A stretch of 64,000 bases of DNA from Chloroflexota bacterium (GTDB taxonomy: Bacteria; Chloroflexota; UBA11872). Position 1 is the first letter of the stretch. Each line of letters starts with the position of its first letter. The stretch covers positions 9 to 64,008 of the forward strand of contig WTFW01000083.1 of the NCBI GenBank assembly GCA_011523785.1, written 5' to 3'. The translations under genes and the position numbers were made by a program. Below the pieces are notes generated by a model that saw only the letters and a program-made list of their open reading frames with translations, had not been told where the DNA came from and did no database searches. Positions 44,716-54,368 of the stretch are shown piece by piece.

Positions 44716-46158
44716 ATGTCTGAGCCCTCTCGAGACGATCTCATCCAGAGCGTCATGCGCAAGGCGCGCGACGCCGACTGCCGGATTTTCGACCTCCGGT
44801 TCACGGACCTGCCGGGCACCTGGCAGCACTTTTCGCTGCCGATCGACAAGCTCGAAGAAGATCTCTTCGAGGACGGTCTCGGCTTCGACGGTTCGAGCGT
44901 CCGCGGCTTCCAGCAGATCCAGGAAAGCGACATGCTGGTGGTGCCGGACCCGGCCACCGCCTTCGTGGACCCGATTCCCGAGGTCCCGACGCTGGTTATG
45001 ACCTGCGACATCCAGGACCCGATTACGCGCGAGTCCTACTCGCGCGACCCGCGCAACATCGCCAAGAAGGCCGAGCAGCACCTGATCGACAGCGGTATCG
45101 CCGACACCAGTTACTGGGGTCCGGAGGCTGAGTTCTTCATCTTCAACAGCATCCGCTACGACCAGACGGCCAACACCGGCTACTTCTTCATTGACAGCGA
45201 GGAAGGCGTCTGGAACACCGGCGCCGACGACCTGCACGTGGCCAACCTGGGCCACCGTCCGCGCCACAAGATGGGCTACTTCCCGGTCCCGCCCAACGAC
45301 AAGCTGCAAGACCTGCGTACGCAGATGGTGCTGGGCCTGGGCGAGGTTGGCCTTGACGTGGAGGTTCACCACCACGAGGTCGCCACCGCCGGTCAGGCCG
45401 AGATCGACCTGGTCTACGCCCCGCTGGTCAAGGCGGCCGACGGGATCATGCTGTACAAGTACATCGTTAAGAACGTGGCGCAGAAGGCCGGGTACACCGT
45501 CACCTTCATGCCCAAGCCGATCTTCGGCGACAACGGGTCGGGCATGCATGTCCACCAGAGTCTCTGGAAGGACGGCACGCCGCTGTTCTTCGACGAGACC
45601 GGCTACGCCATGCTGAGCGAGACGGCCCGTCACTACATCGGCGGCCTGCTGCGGCACGCGCCAGCGTTGCTGGCCTTCGCGGCGCCAACCACCAACTCGT
45701 ACCGGCGCCTGGTGCCCGGGTTCGAGGCGCCGGTGAACCTGGTCTACTCCATGCGCAACCGCAGCGCCTGCATTCGGATTCCGACGTACTCCAGCAGCCC
45801 GGCGGCGCGGCGCGTGGAGTTCCGCCCGCCCGACCCCACGGCCAACCCGTACCTGGCATTCGCCTCCTTGCTGATGGCCGGGCTGGACGGCATCCGCAAC
45901 AAGATCGAGCCGCCCCCGCCAGCCGACATGGACTTGTACGAGCTGGAACCCGAGGAAGCAGCCAAGATCCAGTCGGTGCCGGGCTCCCTCTACGAGGTGC
46001 TGGACGCGCTGGAAGCCGACCACGAGTTCCTGCTGGTTGGCGACGTGTTCACCCAGGACGTCATTGACACCTGGCTGGAGTACAAGCGCACGCGCGAGGC
46101 CGACGAGGTCAACCTGCGGCCGCACCCGTACGAGTTCATGCTCTACTACGACGCGTAG
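44716..46158 (+). CDS. glnA: Glutamine synthetase, type I
   Basis: 480 aa with FDGSSVRGF, KPIFGDNGSGMHVHQSLW, NSYRRLVPGFEAP and RIPTYSSSPAARRVEFRPPD motifs. GAGGAG SD. Confidence 0.96.
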   Translation: MSEPSRDDLIQSVMRKARDADCRIFDLRFTDLPGTWQHFSLPIDKLEEDLFEDGLGFDGSSVRGFQQIQESDMLVVPDPATAFVDPIPEVPTLVMTCDIQDPITRESYSRDPRNIAKKAEQHLIDSGIADTSYWGPEAEFFIFNSIRYDQTANTGYFFIDSEEGVWNTGADDLHVANLGHRPRHKMGYFPVPPNDKLQDLRTQMVLGLGEVGLDVEVHHHEVATAGQAEIDLVYAPLVKAADGIMLYKYIVKNVAQKAGYTVTFMPKPIFGDNGSGMHVHQSLWKDGTPLFFDETGYAMLSETARHYIGGLLRHAPALLAFAAPTTNSYRRLVPGFEAPVNLVYSMRNRSACIRIPTYSSSPAARRVEFRPPDPTANPYLAFASLLMAGLDGIRNKIEPPPPADMDLYELEPEEAAKIQSVPGSLYEVLDALEADHEFLLVGDVFTQDVIDTWLEYKRTREADEVNLRPHPYEFMLYYDA

Positions 46159-46180
46159 CGTCGAGCCTCAGCTTCATAAT

Positions 46181-46208
46181 CCGCGGCCCCCGTCAACGGG
46201 GGCCGCGG
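46181..46208. terminator. Bidirectional terminator hairpin between convergent glnA and ricT
   Basis: ccgcggcccccg-tcaa-cgggggccgcgg (12-bp perfect stem). Confidence 0.7.
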
Positions 46209-46211
46209 GGG

Positions 46212-47231
46212 TTAATTGGTCTGCGGGCGCTGCCGCGTCCGCCCGCGACGCCGCCGGCGTGCGCGCCGCCGCGACCGCGGGCTGGCAGGCTTGGCCTCCT
46301 GCCCCGAGCCGGCCTCGCCGGACTCCGACGCCTCGCTCCGAGCCTTCCCTCCACGGGCCGACCGCCGGCCTCTGCGGGTCTGTGGCGGCTCCGCCCGCAC
46401 AGGCTCCGGCTCGGGCGCGTCCGGCTTGGGCTCCGGCTCGTAGCCTGGCGCCACGGCCTGGCCCAGCACGTCCTTGAGTTCGTGGACTCCGCAGCTATCG
46501 CAGGCGCCGCTGGTGGCGCAGCCGTCCCCACCCTGCGCCTGCTCGGCCGCCAGCTTGTCCTGCACGTACCCGTCGTGCTCGTACTGCAGGCAGCAGAGCA
46601 GACGGCCGCACGCGCCGGAGATCTTGTCGGGGTTGAGCGGCAGATTCTGATCCTTCGCCATCCGCATCGATACGGTGTCCAGCTCCGACAGGAAGGTGGC
46701 GCAGCACAGCTCTCGCCCGCAGCGCCCCATACCAGTGCGCATGGCGGCCCGCTCGCGCGGACCCACCTGGCGCAGCTCCACGCGCGTGCGGAAGCGGGCG
46801 GCCATCTCGGCCACCAGGTCGCCTAACTCAAGCCTGGCCTCGCGCGACGAGAAGTGCAGGGTCAAGGTTGCGCCGTCGAATGTGTATTCCGCCTTTACCG
46901 CCTGCATGGGCAGACGGCTCGTCATGATGGCCTTGGCGAAGGCGCGCTCGGCTTCCGTTTCCTCCTTGCGGTAGTTGGTCATGCTGACGAGGTCGTCGTC
47001 GGTGGCCGGCCGGACGATCGGCTTCAGTTCGCCGCGCAGGTCGTCGAGGTTGACCTCCGTCGGGGGCATGACCACGCGCGCGGCGGTAAGGCCGCGGGGC
47101 GTCTTGACGATCGCGTAGTCACCGACCGCCAGATCCGCGTCGCCCGGGTCGTAGTAATAGAGCCGTCCGGCGCGGCGAAAGCGGACGCCAATGGCGCTGG
47201 CGGCCCTGGCGGGGGCATCAGCGACGACCAC
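46212..47231 (-). CDS. ricT: PSP1-domain protein (RicT/YaaT homolog) with a long Pro/Arg-rich C-terminal tail
   Basis: IGVRFRRAGRLYYYDPGD, and the Cys cluster CGRELCCATFL...CGRLLCCLQYEH. GTG 47231 is preferred (AAGGAGG SD 5 nt upstream, inside the end of holB). The maximal ORF extends to 47309. Confidence 0.85.
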   Translation of the reverse strand: MVVADAPARAASAIGVRFRRAGRLYYYDPGDADLAVGDYAIVKTPRGLTAARVVMPPTEVNLDDLRGELKPIVRPATDDDLVSMTNYRKEETEAERAFAKAIMTSRLPMQAVKAEYTFDGATLTLHFSSREARLELGDLVAEMAARFRTRVELRQVGPRERAAMRTGMGRCGRELCCATFLSELDTVSMRMAKDQNLPLNPDKISGACGRLLCCLQYEHDGYVQDKLAAEQAQGGDGCATSGACDSCGVHELKDVLGQAVAPGYEPEPKPDAPEPEPVRAEPPQTRRGRRSARGGKARSEASESGEAGSGQEAKPASPRSRRRARRRRRGRTRQRPQTN

Positions 47232-48333
47232 GACCACCTCCTTGCGCGTGGCTCGAGTCGGGCTCCGGCCGCAGGGCCAGATCCTCGAGTGCGAGCCGCG
47301 GCGAGACATTGGCGATCAGCGCCCGTTGCGTTTCGCGCAGCCGGGCCAGACGACCGACGGCGCCGGTCAAGGCTGACCGACGCTCGGCGGGAGCGCGGCG
47401 CGGGTGGGCCCGCATCGCCGAGCGCAGTGTATGCGACTGCGCCTCCTCGATCGTTCCCAACCAGGCCAGGGCCTCGTTGGTTTGCGCCACCATGCGGCCA
47501 CGCGGCAGCAGGCCGGCCACGGCGCGAAAGCGCGCCGGTGTCGGCGCCTCCTCGAAAGCCGCAGCCTCGTCGAGCGCGCCCTGGAACGTCTCCCAAGCCT
47601 GCGGGTCGCGCGCCATGCGGATCGCCCAACCGGGGCGGCCGCGGGCCGCTCGGGCGATCTGGCCAACGGTGTCGGCGGACAGCGAGTAGTTCGCGGTCAG
47701 GTGCGCCGCGATTTCGGCAACCGGCACGGGCCCCAGTTCGATGACACGACAGCGGGACACGATTGTTGGCAGCACGTCGGCGGCTCGGGGCGCAGTCAGG
47801 ATCAGGATGGCGTGCGCGCCAGGCTCCTCCAGCGTTTTCAACAACGCGTTGGCGGCCAACGCGTTGATCTCGTGCGCCGCGTCGATCAGGCCGATGCGCA
47901 TGGGCTGGGTGGCCGGGGTGCGGTACAGCCCCGCGCCCCATTCGCGCACGCCGTCAATCACGATGTCCCGCGCGTGATCGGCTCGACGCAGCACGTGCAA
48001 GTCGTTGTAGGAGGTAAGGACGAATCGCAGGTCCACGCGACGTCCGTCCCCGGTCGTGAGCTTGTCGGGATCGGGCTCTTCGTCGCGGTGGCCGCGCCGC
48101 ACGGCCGTTCGCCACATGGCGTTGGCGTCGTCCAGGAACCGGTAGGCCTGGGACGTCTCGACCGGTTCGGGTTGACCGGCGCACCAGATCTCCTGCGCCA
48201 GCCGGATAGCGAACGTGCGGCGTCCGACGCCCGGCGGCCCAACGATCAGGTAGGTCTGAGCGGCCCGTCCCGCCCGCAGTGAGCCCTGGATGGCCCGGAC
48301 GGCGTGGGCGTTGCCCACAAAGGGCCAGTCCAT
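47218..48333 (-). CDS. holB: DNA polymerase III delta-prime subunit
   Basis: GNAHAVRAIQGSLRAGRAAQTYLIVGPPGVGRRTFA (AAA+ P-loop-like), and ILILTA...LPTIVSRC sensor motifs. Confidence 0.9.
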   Translation of the reverse strand: MDWPFVGNAHAVRAIQGSLRAGRAAQTYLIVGPPGVGRRTFAIRLAQEIWCAGQPEPVETSQAYRFLDDANAMWRTAVRRGHRDEEPDPDKLTTGDGRRVDLRFVLTSYNDLHVLRRADHARDIVIDGVREWGAGLYRTPATQPMRIGLIDAAHEINALAANALLKTLEEPGAHAILILTAPRAADVLPTIVSRCRVIELGPVPVAEIAAHLTANYSLSADTVGQIARAARGRPGWAIRMARDPQAWETFQGALDEAAAFEEAPTPARFRAVAGLLPRGRMVAQTNEALAWLGTIEEAQSHTLRSAMRAHPRRAPAERRSALTGAVGRLARLRETQRALIANVSPRLALEDLALRPEPDSSHAQGGGRGRR

Positions 48334-50405
48334 TAAGCCTCGACCGCCAACACCGTCACGATGTCGTTGATCGGGATGTGCAGTGGCAGCGACTGAACGA
48401 GTTCAAACGTCTCCGGACTGTAGACCGCCACGGTGCCCTGGTCGGCGCTGCCGACTATCAGCGACCCGCTGGTCGGATCCAGCGCAATTGCGCGGGGCGA
48501 TTTGGCTACCGGCAACAGAAAGCGCGTTTCCAGGGTCTCGGCGTCCAGACCGGTCACCGTGTCAGTCCACTGGTTTGTGGCAAAGATCGTGGAGGTGCGT
48601 TCGTCCACCGCTAACCGGTTCACGCCTTCCTCCAAGCCGCGCGTCAGCTGCACCTCCAGCGTTTGAGGGTCCAGCCGACTCACACTGCCGTCGCGCAGGC
48701 TGGCCACGAACAGGCGGCCGGACGCGTCGCGGAGCAGCGCCTCCGGCCACGACGGGACAACGGCCCGGGCTTCCTGTTCGCCGGTTTCCACGTTGAAGCG
48801 GGCCACCGACGAGAACGGCCGGTTGGCGAGATAGACGGTCTTGCCGTCGCCCGTGGGCACGATGTCCCCCACGCCGGCCGGGACTTCCCAGTCGTGGATG
48901 ACCTGGCGAGTGTCAGGATCCAGGACGAAGAGGTGCCCGCGGTCAAGGTCCGAGCCGGTGACGTACACGCGGCCGTTCGCGGGTTCCACAGCGATGTCGG
49001 CGGTGACCAAGGCCGTGGCGGGCGCGCGGTCGGTCCCCGCAAGGGGAGCCAGTCGGAACAGCGACCCGGTGCCGCCGGCCGACCCGGGTTCACTGCCCAC
49101 TTGGCTCGGTTCGCCCGACCAGAGGCTCTGTTCGGCCCGGGGCTCCCTGCGCATTACGACGGTGGCGGTGGATATGACGTTTGGCTTGATTACGACGGAT
49201 GTACGTTCCCCCAAGGGTTGGAAGTGGTTCTGGGCGGTGACGAGCACCTGGTACCGGCTGCCGCTGATCAGGTCGGGGACGGTGATGCGGCCTTGATCGT
49301 CGGTTCGCTCCGACTTGACGAAGACGCGGGTGCCGCGAATGTTCCAGAAGAGCCGCACAAAGGCGTCGGCCACCGGCTCGTCCTCGGTGTCGACGACGCG
49401 CACCTGAAGCGAGAACGTGAGCGGGATCGGCGGCCCCGCGGCGCCAGCCTCAGCCTCGATGACCTCGACGTGCGTAGCGACTTCGTCCACGGTGAAGGCG
49501 CGTCCGCGGTCTGGGTCCGACGCGATGGCCCAGGCCGCCGGCAGAACGCTGGCAGCCGGCGGCGGCAAGGGCGTGAGCGAGGGTAGATCGATCACCGCCA
49601 TGGTGGTCGACGCCGGAGCGCCGACCAGGGGCACGCCGCCCGCCACGATCCGGCCGGCCGGGCCCACCGGCATTTGGAAGCGCACAGTCGACGGCTCGGT
49701 CTCCGCGACGGTGACTCCGACGGACCGGAGCACCTGGTAGCCGGGCACACGGGCTCGAACGTCGTACCCCTGACCCGGCGCCAGCCCGGTAAAGGCCGCG
49801 GTGCCGTTGGCCGCTACCGGCTGGATGGCCAGCAGGTCGCCGCGCAGGCCCAGTAGGTCCACGAATCCACTCGTGAGCGGTTGGCCGCTCTCCTCATCCA
49901 CCACCGTGGCTTCAATGACGCCCGGGCCGGCGGTGACGTCGAATTCGGTTTCCGAGGCGCCCGCAAACTCCCCGCCGCGATAGCTGGCTTCCGCGCGAAA
50001 GCTGATGGCTGAGTGGGCGGTGAGCGGCAGCGTGGTGGGCAGTTGCGTCTCGACGGTGAAGGTCCCGGCCCGTGAGGCGATCACCTCGCCAACGTATACG
50101 GCGGGCGATGACATTCGCGCCGTGTCGATTTGGCCGTCAGCGGTCAGCGACGGACGGCCCGAGGCCACGATCATCTCCACCCGCACCAGCGTTCGCGGCA
50201 CCCAGTCAATCCCGCGGATGGTGATATCAGACCCGGCCGCGCCGCTGGGCGGTTCGATCTGCAGTTCGGGACCGTGATCCTCGGCCAGGGGAAAGTCGCC
50301 GGTGATGGACGAGCCGTAAAGCCCCAGCGCCAGGATCACAAGCACCGGAATCAGCAGAATGGTCCCGGCGATGGCGGCGATTGTTAGCGCGCGGCTGGTG
50401 GACAT
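48333..50405 (-). CDS. Membrane-anchored extracytoplasmic protein with carboxypeptidase-regulatory-like Ig domains and YVTN/YncE-like beta-propeller repeats
   Basis: 690 aa with an N-terminal TM segment. Repeated beta-propeller-like segments (RVYVTGSD, KTVYLANRP, RLFVASLRDGSVSRLD, TIFATNQWTDTVTGLD, SLIVGSADQGTVAVY). TAATG overlap with holB. Confidence 0.7.
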   Translation of the reverse strand: MSTSRALTIAAIAGTILLIPVLVILALGLYGSSITGDFPLAEDHGPELQIEPPSGAAGSDITIRGIDWVPRTLVRVEMIVASGRPSLTADGQIDTARMSSPAVYVGEVIASRAGTFTVETQLPTTLPLTAHSAISFRAEASYRGGEFAGASETEFDVTAGPGVIEATVVDEESGQPLTSGFVDLLGLRGDLLAIQPVAANGTAAFTGLAPGQGYDVRARVPGYQVLRSVGVTVAETEPSTVRFQMPVGPAGRIVAGGVPLVGAPASTTMAVIDLPSLTPLPPPAASVLPAAWAIASDPDRGRAFTVDEVATHVEVIEAEAGAAGPPIPLTFSLQVRVVDTEDEPVADAFVRLFWNIRGTRVFVKSERTDDQGRITVPDLISGSRYQVLVTAQNHFQPLGERTSVVIKPNVISTATVVMRREPRAEQSLWSGEPSQVGSEPGSAGGTGSLFRLAPLAGTDRAPATALVTADIAVEPANGRVYVTGSDLDRGHLFVLDPDTRQVIHDWEVPAGVGDIVPTGDGKTVYLANRPFSSVARFNVETGEQEARAVVPSWPEALLRDASGRLFVASLRDGSVSRLDPQTLEVQLTRGLEEGVNRLAVDERTSTIFATNQWTDTVTGLDAETLETRFLLPVAKSPRAIALDPTSGSLIVGSADQGTVAVYSPETFELVQSLPLHIPINDIVTVLAVEA

Positions 50406-50617
50406 AAATCCCGTTCGCGGGTCCGGACGGATCCAGTGTGCGACGGAACCGGCGCCCGCCGCCGCACGCCGCCCGCTAGGCGTGCGCCCGACGCCCCGGC
50501 GTCGCCTGAATTGTAGTCGGTTGGCGATTCGTCGCCGGGCCGCGCCTCAGGCGAGCTGGCGGTGTGTGCCGCGCGGCGAGCCCCGCCGGCCGCGAGACGC
50601 GTCGCTGCCGCCTGGGG

Positions 50618-51085
50618 TCAGCCGGACGACGACTCGCCGCCAGGCCAGGCTGGCCAGCTCGCGAACGCCCCGGTCTTGCGGCCCGAGTAGGCGATGGCGA
50701 TGAGGCCACGCGCTTCGTCGCCGATGCCGACCAGCATGCCGTTGGCCCGGCCGCCGGCGCTGATGGCGATGACGCCGCTGGCATAGTCACCGGAGATTGC
50801 GATGACGCCGCCGGCATATCCGGCGGCGACGGCAACGATGCCAATCGCGTTGCCCGGGCTGATGGCCAGGATTCCCACGGCAACGAGCGGACTCAAGGCG
50901 ACGGATCCAAGCCCGACGATGTAGGCGAAGCTGATCGCCCGGTCCCCGACGAACCAGTCCATCTCAACGACGCCGACGATCCCCAGGATCGTGACGATGA
51001 CGGTGGCCAACAGCGTGGCAAGCGTGGCCAGGCCGGCCAGTCCCCGCAAGGCCCGTCCAACTCCGGCTTGTGCTGTGTCTGACAT
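50618..51085 (-). CDS. Small membrane protein with Gly/Ala/Ile-rich internal repeats; unknown function
   Basis: 155 aa. Two or three TM segments, then repeats of the type GGVIAISGDYASGVIAISAGG. Confidence 0.55.
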   Translation of the reverse strand: MSDTAQAGVGRALRGLAGLATLATLLATVIVTILGIVGVVEMDWFVGDRAISFAYIVGLGSVALSPLVAVGILAISPGNAIGIVAVAAGYAGGVIAISGDYASGVIAISAGGRANGMLVGIGDEARGLIAIAYSGRKTGAFASWPAWPGGESSSG

Positions 51086-51137
51086 GACTGCCTATCTCCT
51101 TGGGGTGAGCGTAAGTGGGCGGTTGCGAGGTCTACCA

Positions 51138-51920
51138 CTACACGGGCCGAGCCACGAAGCAACCCGAACGGCGAGGCACGATCACGCGGCCGTCTAACTC
51201 GGTGGCGGCGGTTGCGATGTCGCGCAGGTGCGGTCGCAGTCGGTCCGCCAACGCGTTGGCGTCGCCCGGACCGTCCAGGGCCGGCGCTCCGCGCAGGTGC
51301 AGCCCGGTGACATATAGCCTCAGCAAGGCGTCCACCGAAGGGAACGCCAGCATTTCGTCGCGGGCATGGACGTCCACGGTCTTGAAGGTGCGTGACAGGG
51401 TGTGCGCGCCGTTTTCCAATGTGAATCTGTCGCGGGCCGATGGCTCGGCGGCCCGCCTGGCTTGATGGGCCAGACCGGCCCGGCGACAGGCCTCCACGTG
51501 CCAGTCAAGCAACCGCCGCGCGGACGATTCACTATCGGCGCTGGCGAGGAGGGCGCCGCCGGGAGCCAGCACACGGCACAGTTCACGTACCGCGCGCGGA
51601 ATGTCCCGGGCGGACGCCAGCACGTGCCCGGCGGTCGTGAGCTCGAACTGGCCGGGAGCGACGGGTAGCGCCTCGACGCTTGCGCACAGCCCATCGACTG
51701 CGTGGCGCGCACGCGTGGTGGCCACCGCTTCGGGCTGCCGGTCCACGGCCACGATCCAGGCGCCTGGCGCGGCCTGCTGGCAAAGAGCCTGTGTCATGCG
51801 CCCTTCGCCACACCCAACGTCCAGGGCGCTGTACACGCCGCGGATGCCAACCAGGCTGAGCTGCCAGTCGTAGAACGAACCGGCGGGCACAGCTGCTCCT
51901 TCAGCCCGCTTGCGAATCAA
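51138..51920 (-). CDS. Class I SAM-dependent methyltransferase
   Basis: ALDVGCGEGRMT motif I and LAPGGALLAS post-II. Confidence 0.85.
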   Translation of the reverse strand: MIRKRAEGAAVPAGSFYDWQLSLVGIRGVYSALDVGCGEGRMTQALCQQAAPGAWIVAVDRQPEAVATTRARHAVDGLCASVEALPVAPGQFELTTAGHVLASARDIPRAVRELCRVLAPGGALLASADSESSARRLLDWHVEACRRAGLAHQARRAAEPSARDRFTLENGAHTLSRTFKTVDVHARDEMLAFPSVDALLRLYVTGLHLRGAPALDGPGDANALADRLRPHLRDIATAATELDGRVIVPRRSGCFVARPV

Positions 51921-51962
51921 CGGTTGCCAGGCGTCGCGTGGTGCGCCGACGGGCCTGCGGCT

Positions 51963-52886
51963 TCATACAGTCAGCATGTCCTGGCCGGGTCGCAGGCGAC
52001 GATGCGCTTCGCGGGCGAAGTCCTCGCGCTCCACATCCCGCTGGCGTCGATAGGCCAGGATCAGGTTGCGGCAGATGCGCGCGGCGATTTCCTGCGGGCT
52101 GACCGACGCCAGGTGCTCGGGCCGCAGCGCAAAGCCGTGGGTATGCACGATCTCCTCGCAGTCGGCCTCCGTGAGCAAGCGGGCACGGTTGAACGGATCC
52201 AAGTACCGACGGTCCTGAGCGCCGGGATGGCGCAGGACGAAGTGGGCAGGCAGGCCGACGCCCTCCAAGGGCATCCCGACCCGCCGGGCCACCGCCAGGT
52301 AGACGACGGAGAGCGTGATGGGCAACCCGGTGCGGCGCGTGACGACCTGGTCCAGCAAGCTGTTCGCCGGGTTTGGATAGTCGGTGTGTGCGCCGTCGAA
52401 TTTCCAGACGGCGTGCATGTAGGTGGCCAGGGCCTGGAGCGCCTGCTGCGGGTCGGCGGCGCGCATGGGATCCGGCGCTGCGTCGGCAAGTGCGTCGAGG
52501 AAGCGAAGAACTTCGTCGGCATCGATGCCGGGGTCGATGACTCGCGCAACCAGGAGCGCGCCGGTCTCGACCAGTCCACTCGGTTCCAGTGTGCGGAACC
52601 GGGCGAGCCGTTGCAGGGCGTTTTCGCGGTGGATCGCCGTTAGCGCCTCGGCGATTCGGTCCGGGTGGGTGGCCGTGCATGCCGCGGACTCCAGCGCCGC
52701 TACGGCGCGCTCGCCGGCCCGAGTGAGGTGAGCGACGACCCGGGCGCGAATGGCCGGATCATTGTCGGCAAGCAGGTTGACCAATGCCTGCACGGCTCGG
52801 TCGTTGGGTTGCGGCGACTGGCTAACGGTCATGCGCTCCAGCGGCGGCTGACGGCTCATGGGGTCACGCGCAGCGACCGAACACAC
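51963..52886 (-). CDS. Transglutaminase-like/SirB1-family protein with N-terminal HEAT-like repeat
   Basis: NSLLDQVVTRRTGLPITLSVVYLAVARRVGMPLEGVGLPAHFVLRH is the typical SirB1/transglutaminase-like core. C-terminal TPR-like helices. Confidence 0.75.
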   Translation of the reverse strand: MCSVAARDPMSRQPPLERMTVSQSPQPNDRAVQALVNLLADNDPAIRARVVAHLTRAGERAVAALESAACTATHPDRIAEALTAIHRENALQRLARFRTLEPSGLVETGALLVARVIDPGIDADEVLRFLDALADAAPDPMRAADPQQALQALATYMHAVWKFDGAHTDYPNPANSLLDQVVTRRTGLPITLSVVYLAVARRVGMPLEGVGLPAHFVLRHPGAQDRRYLDPFNRARLLTEADCEEIVHTHGFALRPEHLASVSPQEIAARICRNLILAYRRQRDVEREDFAREAHRRLRPGQDMLTV

Positions 52887-53115
52887 GGTTGGATTCTGTC
52901 ACGCACGTCGGAGCCCTGGCGGATCAAGCGGTTTGACCTATGACAGCCAGGTGAGCATGGGGCAGTATTAACGGCGAGACCCATAGGTTTGGGCGGAACG
53001 CAAGTATCGCTACGAGGGCCGTGTGTGCGGAACGGTCGGCGCGCGAGTGCTCACAAGGCCAGAGCGAGTTTAGGCCGACGCTAAAGCGTGCGAACTCTGG
53101 CACGCACGCGGACGA

Positions 53116-54366
53116 TTGCTCTGTCCAGAACCCGGCGGCGCCGTGAGTCTCGGCACCGGCAACGCGGCACCCGCGGCACGGCACGTGGAGGTGCAAGGAC
53201 TCTGGAAGGTCTTTGGCAACAAGCCGGAGCGCGCCCTGGACCCCGTCCATAGTTCCAAGTCTCGAAGTGAGATACAGGACGAACTCGGGCTGGTTGTCGG
53301 CCTGCGCGACGTGTCGTTCAGCGTGGACCAGGGGCAGATCTTCGTCGTCATGGGGCTCTCGGGCAGCGGCAAGTCGACCCTGGTGCGCTCGTTGATCCGG
53401 CTGGTCGAGCCGACGCGTGGCAGCGTACACATCGATGGCGACGACGTGCTGGCCTATTCGGCGAGCCAGTTGATGCAGTTCCGCCGGCAGAAAATCGCCA
53501 TGGTGTTTCAGAACTACGGGCTGCTCCCGCACCGCTCCGTGATCGACAACGTCGCGCTTGGTCTTGAGATTCGGGGAGTCGATAAAGACGCACGCTATGG
53601 CATGGCGCTCGAGAGCATCGAAACCGTGGGCCTCGGCGGCTGGGAAGACTATCGCCCACGAGAGATGAGCGGTGGTATGCAGCAGCGAGTTGGCCTTGCG
53701 CGGGCGCTGGCAGTCAACCCCGACATGTTGCTGATGGACGAGCCATTCAGCGGCCTTGATCCACTCATCCGCCGGGAGCTGCAGGACGAACTTATCTCGC
53801 TGCAAACGAAGCTGAAAAAGACCATCGTATTTATCACGCACGATCTGAACGAAGCCCTGAAAATCGGCGATCGAATTGCCGTCATGCGCGATGGGGAAAT
53901 CATCCAAGAAGGCTCGCCAGAGGAGATTGTCACTCTGCCCTCAGACGAGTATGTGACCGAATTCGTGCAGGATGTTTCGCGAGCCAAAGTCATCCAGGCC
54001 AGGGCCGTTATGCAGGAGTCCGATGTGGTCGTCTATGAACGGCAGGGGCCTCGCGCCGCGTTGCACATCATGGACAGCCACAAGCTGGAAGCCGTCTTCC
54101 TGATCGGTCGCGACTTCACGCTGCGGGGGCTGCTCACCAAGGACCGGGTCATGGCGCTCATTGACGAGCGGCGGAGCACCCTGGAAGGCGCGGACGTCGA
54201 TCCGGCCACGACCACGACACCTGACGCTCTAATCGAAGACATCATTCCAATCGCGGCACAAACGCGGCATCCGATTGCCGTGGTGGGCGACACGCAAGCA
54301 TTGTTGGGTGAGATTCGCCCCGGAGCGTTGCTGGCGGGAATGGCTGAAGGCAGGCAGGAGACTTAA
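53116..54366 (+). CDS. proV: Glycine betaine/proline ABC transporter ATP-binding protein with C-terminal CBS pair
   Basis: Walker A GLSGSGKST, signature MSGGMQQRVGLARAL, Walker B LLMDEPFSGLD. The start may be GTG 53143. Confidence 0.92.
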   Translation: MLCPEPGGAVSLGTGNAAPAARHVEVQGLWKVFGNKPERALDPVHSSKSRSEIQDELGLVVGLRDVSFSVDQGQIFVVMGLSGSGKSTLVRSLIRLVEPTRGSVHIDGDDVLAYSASQLMQFRRQKIAMVFQNYGLLPHRSVIDNVALGLEIRGVDKDARYGMALESIETVGLGGWEDYRPREMSGGMQQRVGLARALAVNPDMLLMDEPFSGLDPLIRRELQDELISLQTKLKKTIVFITHDLNEALKIGDRIAVMRDGEIIQEGSPEEIVTLPSDEYVTEFVQDVSRAKVIQARAVMQESDVVVYERQGPRAALHIMDSHKLEAVFLIGRDFTLRGLLTKDRVMALIDERRSTLEGADVDPATTTTPDALIEDIIPIAAQTRHPIAVVGDTQALLGEIRPGALLAGMAEGRQET

Positions 54367-54368
54367 GC

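Noticed and set aside
43587-44723. 378-aa plus-strand ORF spanning the gene-free region and the SH3 gene
   Set aside because: It is Arg/Pro/Gly-rich and runs antisense through a well-supported SH3-domain gene. No start context or motifs support it.
44575-46125. 516-aa ORF antisense to glnA
   Set aside because: glnA on the + strand is unambiguous. The antisense frame has no recognisable motifs and an Arg/Gly/Val-rich composition.
52887-53142. c-di-AMP (ydaO-type) riboswitch upstream of proV
   Set aside because: Only scattered fragments are seen (gaccca; cctcgtagcg on the minus strand). They are in the wrong order or strand relative to the consensus I remember. This needs an Infernal scan before any claim.
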